In this document: piece after piece, positions 53,976 to 64,000 of the stretch | Layout of the letters: every line of letters starts with the position of its first letter | Position numbering within the stretch: the first letter of the stretch is position 1 | Assembly: GCA_964187785.1 (NCBI GenBank) | Contig: OZ076413.1 | Span: forward strand, 48,300,001-48,364,000 | Direction: 5' to 3' | Length of the DNA: 64,000 bases | DNA from: Amphiscolops sp. MND2022 | Lineage: Eukaryota | Made by a program: the position numbers and the translations under genes | The notes under the pieces: generated by a model | Seen by the model: the letters and a program-made list of their open reading frames with translations, nothing else | The model's database searches: none | Told to the model about the DNA's origin: nothing

Positions 53976-54653
53976 TTGAAACATTTTCGTTGTTTCAGAA
54001 ACTTCTATTCTTCCCACTCCCCTTCTTCCTTTCTCGTGGAATCCTCCCTCTCAGATATCCACTCAACCTCCTTCAGTCATCCTTTCGCCAGGACCTTCTG
54101 TTCTCGACCTTTCAGTCCAGCCCCAGTCATTTCCTTCAATCGTGTCGTTTCTTCCTCCTCCACAACGACAATGAATTCTAAAACAATAATGAAATCAACT
54201 TCTTTTCAAACAAACACCACTGTTCCTTCATACAATGCACATTCTTCGAAAGCTGCTATCTTTAAAACCCTTGCTTTGAAAGTTGACAATGAATTGAATA
54301 ACGGTACAACTGCACCTTCAACCCGCCGTGTATTCTTCAAGATAATGTATTTTGTCTTTTTACTTTCGTCAAAAAAGATTCCTTTTGAACAGTACTATCG
54401 ACTTCACCTTTCGGAACCCAATGTTGCTATATGTGAAAAGAAATTTAACAATGTCTTTGTTTTATCTCATACCTCATTTGATAAGAACATATTTTACTTC
54501 TTACACGCCGTGCAAGAAGCTGTTGATGCTTTTAACGATGTCCTCAAATATTTTGGATTTTTCCAACGACTGGCTCCTTATGATCCGTCAAAACACCCTA
54601 CTCACCCCAACCCCGCCACCCACACTCAAAACTTCCAACCTGGTTTTTTGTAA
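53976..54653 (+). CDS. Accessory ORF-Z of copy B (225 aa, unknown)
   Basis: Open 225-aa frame inside the element. KIPFEQYYRLH resembles RINFDQYLHIH in C 57776-58252. Confidence 0.5.
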   Translation: MKHFRCFRNFYSSHSPSSFLVESSLSDIHSTSFSHPFARTFCSRPFSPAPVISFNRVVSSSSTTTMNSKTIMKSTSFQTNTTVPSYNAHSSKAAIFKTLALKVDNELNNGTTAPSTRRVFFKIMYFVFLLSSKKIPFEQYYRLHLSEPNVAICEKKFNNVFVLSHTSFDKNIFYFLHAVQEAVDAFNDVLKYFGFFQRLAPYDPSKHPTHPNPATHTQNFQPGFL

Positions 54654-54659
54654 TCGCCC

Positions 54660-54796
54660 CTTCATCTTCGCAGACTTTCTTCGCAGTTCCTTCATCTTCG
54701 CAGTTTCTTCAACTTCGCAATTCCTTCATCTTCGCAATTGCTTCATCTTCGCAGAATTTCTTCGCAGTTCATCATCTTCGCAGACTTTTTTGCAGT
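54660..54796 (+). repeat. Tandem (CTTCAT)CTTCGCAG repeats in the 3' region of copy B
   Basis: About eight CTTCGCA units seen directly. Confidence 0.8.
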
Positions 54797-55620
54797 CCTC
54801 TCCACATGAACTCCTTGACGTTCATACTGTTTCAAAGTAACTATATAATCAATCATTAGATATATACCTTATTCAATCATCATCTATAACCTTAATATTA
54901 TTTAGATGTAGTCTCATAATCGTATATTCATTAAATTTTACTATATTCTTTAGCTAAAGTTTATTAATCATCAATATTCTAATAATTAGTTTCAGTGCTA
55001 TTTCATGCATGATACTCTACATTACAAATGTCTATCAATACATTCTTACCTATCTTCTTTTTACAGTACAAGAATCCTACCTCTAGAACAATATGATACC
55101 TTTCAAAGTTTGAAACATTTCTCAACGTCTTCTACATTCTTTTTGAGCAAAATGACTTCTTTCACTTTCGTTCACTACCCGCCAATGTTGGTTCACAACT
55201 CATTGACAACGTCTTCCATAATACATAAAAAGTTTTCAGTTTTTCAGAAGTTGTTCACTTCACACAACTTTCACTGACTACTTCGACATATTTTTTTAAA
55301 ACGCCGATGAATGGTTACTTGATTAAATTCAAATCCAAATACATAAAACATGTGTCAAACAATAACTAGATCTAAAATGTCAGTCAAACTTACTTACTTG
55401 ACTTTTTGACTTTCAAATTCGCAAAAAGTGAACTAGACCACTCTATAAGAAGTTAACTAAGGCGCTCTAGGTAGCTCCCACTCCTTAAGTATTAAACACT
55501 CCTCATACATACAACACACTTTACATAACACCTAAAAAACAACAAGATACAAAATCATCTAGAACAAAAATCCACTCCTCCCGAAATCATACAAAAACTT
55601 TTTTCAAAAACCCGGTTGAA

Positions 55621-56155
55621 TGTGATACCATGATACATGACCTCAAAAATTTTCTTACAGAACTTTCTAGAACTTTTCTATTTGACAAGGTGACACATGA
55701 CATCCTGAAATCTATTTAGTGAATGCTCTTACCATCCAGATATTATTACCACTAACCTGTTTGATAAATACTCTCAGTAATCTGATATGGTAACCCACTA
55801 ATCTTTAATCTATTTAGTGACTGCTCCAACCTTGAAGATACTAGCCCACTAATCTATAATCGATTTAGCGATGCTTCTCCATTTAGACAGTTATTGATGA
55901 CAGATAAATTATTGATGTGTGTCCTAATAAATAACTAATCAGAGTTTACTATATCTCTCAATAGATAGGTTTTCTCTCAGTATATAACTAGTGAAAGAAT
56001 TAGAAAGGTACTCCTCAAAAGACTTAGCTAAGCATTGAAAGAGATCTCTGATATTCTCATAGTCTAGTAACATCTACAACGGCTTCTGCTTAGGATGAAA
56101 TAACTTATAGTAACATCGAACCCTAACTATAACTTAACCACTCTTAAGCAGTACA
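55621..56155 (+). repeat. 3' LTR of copy B
   Basis: Direct repeat of 31048-31570 with several substitutions and indels. Confidence 0.93.
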
Positions 56156-56454
56156 AAACCCATACACAAAACGTTCCCAAGCGGTGAAGAATGAGCTTGA
56201 TTATAGTAGACATATTTGCTCTTAAAGGTATCTATCATGGAAAATTAATCCAGATACTATTTCGGAAGAGAAGTTGACATTGGTTTTTGTTAAAGCCGAT
56301 ACACGTCAATAGCGAACCTTGTGAACGCAATCCTTGCTCGTCAACTGCTCGTTACTAAGGCAATTTCTGCATTATATTAGGTCTTACTAGGAAAAATGTG
56401 TTGGTTTGAGCCCCAATCGGAAAGGAACTTTTGTATCTTTTATTTTTGACCCAG

Positions 56455-56723
56455 TGTGCTGCTTTTAATGGTTGGTTAGTTCTTTGGATGGTCTTATACG
56501 CAACTACTAAAAGCGGCTGAGAGACAGGCTAGCTAGCTTACTTTATTACAACTAGTTCGAGGTGTTAGAAGTAGAACAAAAAGGAAGTCAACTGAATACT
56601 GATTATTGGTTTTCTCTCTCTGAGGGAGTAGAGATTTACAATCATTCAATAACAAATAAATGTACATTCTAGAACATTTTATAAACATCTAAATACTATT
56701 GGTTATTAATGTAGATCAGTACA
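56455..56723 (-). repeat. Putative 3' LTR of copy C
   Basis: Minus strand TGTACTG...AAGCAGCACA (B ends AAGCAGTACA), internal AATAAA, preceded by AAAAACCGGGATGGA as in B. Partner LTR not visible. Confidence 0.55.
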
Positions 56724-57775
56724 TCCATCCCGGTTTTTAAATAAAATGAAATTTTAAAGTAGCATCATTAATTGAAATGAAGAAAAATTTTTTTGTTTAA
56801 ATGTTCTTAGCGTTTCAGCTAGTTAACATTTTTCATTAGATGGATGATTGGCATAAGTTTTGTGAAAAGTGGTGTAAGTTCGACTCATTGGTGTACCTCG
56901 AAATGTGAAAATTTTGATTGACACCTCGTAGGTGCGACTACAGTTCAAAAAGCGTCAAAGTGTTCTTTTTCACTATGCTTTCGTCGGCTTGTTTTTTGAA
57001 CTGGTAGATGCTCAATTTTATGCTTCTGTTGAAGTTTTGAATGAAATTCGCATTGAACAAACGTGAGCAAACATCATACGAGTTAAAGGTCAAAAAGTCA
57101 TTGAAATAATATCGTTGAGAAAAATTTTTCATCGAACGTGAAATTTGTTTGAAAAGGTTTCAGGTTGTAATTAACTTTGGCGGGTTTGTTATGTAACAAA
57201 TGTTGAAAACTTTGAGAATTTGGGTCTGTCATTATTCGAATTTGATTTGAACAATGTGCTTGATCTAATTTTGAGCTGGTTTTGTTGAAATTTGAAAAGA
57301 TTTGTTGATAATATTTGTGAATTTTTTGGATAGGATAGCACCAAAAAATAATAATTATTACTAAATATTCTTTAAAAATAAAGCAAATAAATATCGGTAC
57401 GGGTGTGAATAAAAGATTTTTGGGCAAATAAATGTGGGTGGGGATGAAATTTGAAATAATAACTACATAGTGAATATTTTCAGTAAGAGTTTGAATTCAT
57501 TGAAATATTAGATGACTTTGAAACTTTTCGAAATGTTATCATGCACAATGTTTTTTCTTTGAGTTTTCTTTATTATTAATTATCGATCACCTTCGGCTGA
57601 GAATGTGGGTGACGATTGAAGATTGGAAGATGGATGAAGAAGGGTCAGCAGATGAATGAAGATGGGCAACTGTTGGGCGGCGATGAAGTTGAAGATGGGT
57701 GCTGATCTGCAATCGTTGAAGATGTGAGATTCGAAGATGGGAGTGGACGGGTGCTGTTGATGGCGTCTGTTGATA

Positions 57776-58367
57776 TTAGAAAGAAACGTAAGTATATGTT
57801 TTGTGTGGGTAATTATCATCTATAAGTGCTTCTGGAGGGTCCTTTTGAAGTTCTTCGTCAGTATCATCGTTATCATCTGAAGGCCAATAAGAATTTAGAC
57901 GTTGTTTTTCCATTTCAGAACGCATTCTATTGGATAGATTTTGTATTAAACGCTTGGGTTTGATGGTAGTATGTTCTGTTTGGGTAGTGGCGTCTCGTTG
58001 AGTTGAATAAGTGTCAGGATGTTTATGAATATGGAGATATTGGTCGAAATTTATTCTTGTTATTTGGAATATTTGGAACATATTAAGCAATATCATCCTT
58101 GTAAGATGTGGGTCTGCCTTTTTGTCTGTTCTAAGTTGCGCATTTAATGTCGTTAAATGCTTTTTCAGGATCAAGAATCGCAATCGAGCTGAAGAGATTG
58201 AAAGAAAAGGAGCTATCGGGCAGTCTATGTCGCCAGAGTGAATAGTTGTCATATTGAAGAATGAGAAAATTTCGTTGAAAGCTGTTGAAGATACTTTGGA
58301 ATTCTTCTTGAATGGGTGGCCTGAGAGGAGGAAGGAATGCTGAAGAAGCAGTTGTGACGATATTCAC
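57776..58367 (-). pseudogene. ORF-Z of copy C (possibly frameshifted)
   Basis: Overlapping 78-aa and 158-aa ORFs with a weak match and syntenic position to B 53976-54653. Confidence 0.45.
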
Positions 58368-58775
58368 CTAAAATAGATTAGTTTGTTTACAATAAAGTTC
58401 CTTTGAAAATAGAATTTCGTAGTTGACATTTTTTTAATTGAATTTTGTGATGTTATAACTTTTTAATTTTAAGAATTAAGTTGTTGTATTTTGGAAATCT
58501 TTTGAAGGGTATTTAAATATCTTTCATATAAGTACTTATTTGTTGAAATTGGTTCATTAAAAGGAGGAGCAATTGAGAAATTTCGTTGAAAAAATTTTAT
58601 GTCGTGATTGAAATTTTTTATGTTATTTCATTTTAAAGTGTATTTTAACATCAAGCATGTATTATAATCGTGCATAGCAGGCATATGCGTGTAGACTCAA
58701 TTAATTTTGACAGGTTGTTAAAAGATTAAGTGATAAGTGTTAACAATTTTAAAGTGATTATCCCATAATTACCAG

Positions 58776-60034
58776 TTAAGATCGATGCATTTTTTCAATA
58801 GTGTAGTTGAATTCGTCTAAAGATGTGCGAATGCACAAAGCTGATTGGCTAATTCTTGTCGTATCAAATACGATATTTTGTATTATGCTTCGAGCTTGTT
58901 CAAGGGTATTTACGATTTCAGCGATTGTTATAAGAATATCTCGGTTCGGATGATGATACGGTTTTATGATATTCAGGATTTCTGTATATTTCTGTAATTC
59001 ATCTGTTGGGCGAAAACTTTGTGGTTGAGGAATATCATTTTTGGTTTTCTTAGGCGATTCTTGTTTTGCCTTTTTGTATTCTTTGTGATTTCCATTTGTA
59101 AGAAGTGAAAGCAGGTGAGAAATAATGAAAATTAATTCATTATTTGAATATCCCTTTTTGGTCATTGCGTGAAAAAAGGACTTTTCACAGTCTCGCAAAG
59201 GTTGAGAGGCTATATGTTGAAGTGGAGGAAGAGGATCAGATATATGTTGAGGTATACCTTCTTGTAGTAACGAATCGTCGTTTAGAATGAGGTATTCTTG
59301 TGGTACAATGATTGGTCTTTTTGGGTTATCATTTGGAAGGAAGAGAAAACTTTGTTTCAGCGGGTCATAATTTCTAAGTTTGTAAGTTAAGTGAATGGCG
59401 ATGTAAATTTGGAGTTGAAGAATATATAATTATTGGGCTCTTTATATTGAAGAAACTTTTGATAAGTCATTTGGTGGGCCTTTTTGATTTGGTATGGCAA
59501 AAAATTTGCATCATTTTCTTCTGTTCGAAGATCATATGGAGATGGTCTGAGGAAGTTGTATTGGAGTGAGAAAATTTTCACTTTATTGTTTAACCACCAA
59601 TCATATGGGGTAATCAATTTTGAAGCAATTGATGTATGATAATCATTTTTAAATTCTCTGATGATGAATTTGTATTTTGTTGGAATCATGTATAACGAAG
59701 TTAACTGAGATTGAAAGGTGAATTGTTTTGACGAGAGAATAGGAACTAATTCACAATCTCTATCTTCATCTTGTTTAATTGGTTTTATGAAAGGAGGGCA
59801 AGCGCCAGAATCCATAAAAGGTTTATCTGCAGTTATATCTGGGTACTTTCTTTTTTGAGATCTTGTGTTAACATGATCTACTTGTTCAATAGGAATATTT
59901 TCTATAGGGTCTTGAGAGTTGGAGGAAGAGTTATTATCTTCGTTAACATTTTGTTGAATAGTTATAATCAAAGGGGATACAAGCAATTCACATGGATTAG
60001 ACTTAACTACATCAATTTCGGGCAAGGATTCCAT
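58776..60034 (-). pseudogene. Accessory ORF-X of copy C (about 420 aa, one lesion near 59385)
   Basis: A 215-aa ORF is followed by a second frame KLRNYDPLKQSFLFLP...RPIIVPQEYL that is continuous with the 140-aa ORF. Homologous to A and B. Confidence 0.78.
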
Positions 60035-60685
60035 TATTTAAACTTGCGTGTTTTTGTAGAGCTAAAATAGTGAATATAACATTTGATTACATTATTTCTA
60101 ATAATAAGGAAAAATTTTGTTATGTCTTTTCTATCCATTAAATTGTTTGTTAAAATTAAAGTTTAAATTGTACTTACAATATGGGAATACTGAGTCAATG
60201 ATGGGTTGAAAACATCAACAATCACAGTGGCATCTATTCCAGGAATAGAAACTTCTGTGATTTCGGTCGTTTAGATGGACTGAAAATCCAGTTGAAGTCT
60301 TCTGGTTGAGAGTTGAGTTGCAGTGGGCAAGTGAATTTTTTGTTGAGTTGAAAAGGAGAGACCGGTCCGAGTGAGAATTTGGGTGTGAATGAAAGTTAAA
60401 ACTGAGAAGAATTTAGTTGATAATTTTTTGAAATTTTTCTGAGGTTAATTTGTTTTTTAAGTTATTGCTTTTTAGCTAGGAGGGATTGAATTTTATAAAG
60501 ACTTTAGCAGGACTTTCCGGTACAGCTATTACATTTGACATTATTGGGTCATAGTCCTGAGAATTAATATCGTTTAAATTAGTTGGGTGTGTCTTTTGCG
60601 GTGATTGAAATGTTGAATTCTTACTGGAATATTTAGGAGGTAAATAAGGGGAGTCAGTATCAGAGTGTCTTCGTTTATTGTTTAA

Positions 60686-63054
60686 TTATTTTTCCGGCAA
60701 TAGGATATTATCATTTTCACTTGTTGTAATTTTGTGTTTAGTATATATCCGTTTTCGTTTTCCTGTATTGTTTAAATCGGTTACCATTTCCGATGTAACT
60801 ATATTAAAAAATCCATGGGCTATTGAACTCAAAATGGAAATGTTGCTTTGGAGATTATATTTTATGCTAATTGTTCTGTAGAATTTGAGTAAAAATGTTA
60901 AAACTTCTCTAATGAAAAGGAATGTTGAAAAATAATTTCCACATTGTGTTAAAACATAACATGGATATCCAAAGAAATTATTGAATGCTTGACTGAACCA
61001 GTCAGGGTTAAAAAGTGGTAAAAGGTTTAACAAGTGGTCATATGTACTCCAATCCTTAAATGATTATAGGGATTATGTCCTGAGTATGAGTGTTTTTCAT
61101 TATGCATTGAGATGAAATCATAGCTTAATGATTTTCCAAGTAATTGAGGAGTTGTGTCTGAATGTTTAGCAAATAATACTCTATTCCAGAATTGATCTAA
61201 TTCTGCATTTGAGTATATACCGGCATCTTGGGCGGTAAATGTATTAGGAGTGATTGTTGTTTTAATTTGGGTAGGTTTAAACATTTGTGGTGCTTCTCGT
61301 TTGAGTGGTTCTAGTGTTAACACATAAAAATCTCCGTCGTTGGAATCTGGATCTAATTCTATTATATTTTGTGGGTTATTTCCACATTCAATTGGTGTTG
61401 CATAGTTGAAAGTTTGTCTTGTTATTGGGTCAACATACATTATCGTTTCTCTGTAGAGTATAGGAATTCTATCAATGCATTTATCTGCCTTGTATAGTGG
61501 TGATATAAAATGAGGGAAATCATACAGCCATGCTGTAGATCCTTCAACGTAGAGAAAGTTACTACGATTTCCAGTTAGAAGAAAACCGGCTAATTGAGGA
61601 TTTTTAACTGACATAGCTAGGATTGTTAATAGTTGAGTTCTTTCTAGTTCACATATTGTATGAAGAGTGTTTAGTTCTTGTACTGTCATGGATTTAAATA
61701 CATGATTTATTGTGAAATCAATTTTTGTATTAATGTGGGCATCATAATCTAAAGTGGCGAAATTGTTTGATATATTCAATGCAGGGAATATATATCTTTT
61801 GTTTGAATCATCATATTTTATATTTCCACTAATTGTTTGGTCAATTATTGAGTGTGGTTTTGGTAATCCTGTGTTCATATCAAAACCATCTAAGTATGTA
61901 ACAAAGATGTCATCATATTGTGTTGAAAATAATGGTTCAGGTTTTCCACAGAAGGTTTGTGCAATTGGGTATATTTCAAATCGAGGAAGGCTTGGATTGC
62001 TTACTTTTGATTGTGGTGTTTTTATATTAGGATATTTTGTTCCTTGTATTCCTTCGGTTTGAAGTTTTTGTGTGATGTTTGAAGTTTCAATGAAGGTATC
62101 TGTTTCTATCCAGTATCTATCTTTGATTCGTGTCATTCTACCAATGAATTCTTGAAGTTGAAATATGAGGCAAAATTTTTCATCAAACCATGTTAATGTA
62201 TATGGAGTTTTGGTCGTTGGTTTACAAAATCCGTCTGAATGATAACATGGTAATATGTGTCCGTCATGTATTAATTGATTGTTTTTATCGTCATAATCTA
62301 TTGCGGTGTTAACAACTCTAAGTTTCCAACTTTGTCGGGTAATTAAATGTTCTCGGTCTGATCGACATCTGGAGTATGTATTTTGTGTAACATTAACTAT
62401 CCAGTCAGGATAATTTTCATCAAATACGAAGGTTCCAATATGCCATGTATTTAATTTTTTTACTCTAAATGGTGTCTGAATTCGTTCAATTGTGTTTTGA
62501 TAATTACTATCGTCGAACAATGAGAAAGAGCTTTGTATATTGTAGTTGTTTAGTTCTTCGCTATCAGTCGCGTTTAAATATCTGATCATATTTTTGCATT
62601 CAATAGGGTCCAATATTTTTGGAAGTTCTAATGTGTTTTGTCCCCATTGTAAACGATCATATCGTCTACTAGATGTGAATGTTTGTGAACACCAGACTTT
62701 CTCAGTCTTTATATATGCTTCACATTTAAAGGCTTTTATTCTTTTGGCTTTTGCTCTAACATAAACTGTTGCTTGGGTTTTTGTGTGTTGTATATCTGAG
62801 GGTGCTTGTTTACATGGTTCTACATTTGATAAACTGAATTGTCTTAAGTTGTTTTGTTTTGCACAATCATAATGAGATACCATCAAGTTTAAAATATTAG
62901 AGTCTTGGTCTGAAATATGATTTTCGGAATTGGTGGTGTCAACTTTGGGAACAGTTGAAGGGTGAACTAAAGAGTGAACTATATGTATTATATATGTGTA
63001 TTTAACAACTTGTATTATATATATTAAGTAAAAGGTAAAGGTGATTTGGTTCAT
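60686..63054 (-). CDS. env: env glycoprotein of copy C, chuvirus G / class III fusogen-like (675-aa ectodomain ORF plus frameshifted membrane-proximal/TM part)
   Basis: Hydrophobic N-terminus, HYDC...FSLSNVEPC, CELER...LA, G.TAWLYD...CIDRIPI...VDPITR....ATPIEC, N-glycosylation sequons, and C-terminal hydrophobic segments in 60686-61033. Confidence 0.8.
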
Positions 63055-63056
63055 GG

Positions 63057-63780
63057 TTAAAATATTGATCTATAATTGAGTCCGGAGTAGGGGTTTAAAA
63101 AGTTTATATGTCCTGTTCTAATCTCAGGTAAATCTGCGTCACAAAGGTAAGAAATGGATGTGACTATGAATGGTGATGGGGTTGTTTTGTGTGCTACTCT
63201 TGTTGAAAGAGAGAATGGATGAGGTCCTATGGAGTTGAATGTGACTTCTACTTCAAATTTTAATGTGAGTTGTTGTTCTTGTAATCTTCGTAGTTCTCTT
63301 TGTTTTCTTTGAGTTGAGAGTGAACTGTTGTTTATAAATCTTGCAGGTAATACCGTGTATCGAGGATCTTCGTCAAGCGTGCGAACAATTTTTGAGTTAA
63401 CACGAATAGGATATTCGTGAGGATTTGGCGATGGAGGTCTTGAGAATTCTTCTAAAAAATCTTCAGGTAATTGTATGGAAGAGTTTGATGCTATTGAACT
63501 AGGTGAGTAAACTCGTGAAAAATTAGCTGCGCTATCTGATATAGTTACTGGCTCTTCAGAAAGAAGAGAGGTTGTTTCAAATCCTGATGTGATTTGAAAT
63601 GGTAGTGATAGAGAACATGGTATAGTGGGTTGAGATGAGGAAAGAGAAGACGTGTCCAATCTGGGTTGGGCGTGTTGTCGAAGTAGTCTTGAGTTTGTAC
63701 TTGAACTAGTTAAAGATTGTAATTCTTGAGAATTTCTTTGTTGTTGAGATCGAAGGTTATAATTATGTCTTGGTACTCTA
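63057..63780 (-). CDS. ORF-Y of copy C (C-terminal part)
   Basis: A 200-aa ORF extendable upstream through RHNYNLRSQ. Its stop is 2 nt before the env ATG. Homologous to B and A. Confidence 0.7.
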
Positions 63781-64000
63781 GTACTAGCAGTTTAGTCAGA
63801 ATCTTTATCTTTATGATATAAATCTGTTAATGAAGAGGTGGTTGTTGAATGTACACGTTGTAATTCAAGCATGGGATATATTTGAGAAAATGTGAATGAA
63901 CTTAGTTCAGATGGTGAAGGAGTTGGGTGTTGTTGTGTTTTCTTCGTTGGTGATTTTAATGAAGGTTCTGGTAAAAATGTTATTGGAATATTACTTGATG

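Larger units (their letters stand above)
31048..56155 (+). mobile_element. Giant env-bearing Ty3/Gypsy-like LTR retroelement, copy B (complete, degenerate, four nested insertions)
   Basis: Paired LTRs 31048-31570 and 55621-56155. Flanks AGAC/AAAC may be a 4-bp TSD with one mismatch. Order is gag-PR-RT-RH-IN, then ORF-Y, env, ORF-X, ORF-Z. Confidence 0.93.
56455..64000 (-). mobile_element. Giant env-bearing element, copy C (3' portion; divergent subfamily)
   Basis: ORF-Y, env, ORF-X and ORF-Z homologues in the same order as copy B. gag/pol would lie beyond the window. Confidence 0.85.

Overview
Repeat-saturated, AT-rich eukaryotic DNA, probably invertebrate (species not determinable from sequence). 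It is dominated by three copies of a very large Ty3/Gypsy-type LTR element. Copy A is on the minus strand (1-13511, 3' end outside the window). Copy B is on the plus strand (31048-56155, complete, about 18 kb once nested insertions are removed). Copy C is on the minus strand (56455-64000, 5' end outside the window, most intact, more divergent). The shared layout is LTR, PBS, a leader with five bulged hairpins, a long Gag, PR-RT-RH-IN, an unknown ORF-Y, an env glycoprotein resembling chuvirus/class III fusogens, unknown ORF-X and ORF-Z, CATCTTC repeats, an atypical PPT and an LTR. Together this looks like a complex endogenous-virus-like retroelement with accessory genes. Copy B contains four nested elements: an RT-less Bel/Pao-like LTR element with an intact 901-aa ORF, a Helentron-like element, a tRNA-containing MITE and a CACTA-like element. 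Between A and B lie a three-LTR tandem dimer of an ordinary degenerate Gypsy element spanning a 200-N gap, a probable host gene remnant and small repeats. All protein family calls come from motif recognition by eye, not database searches.
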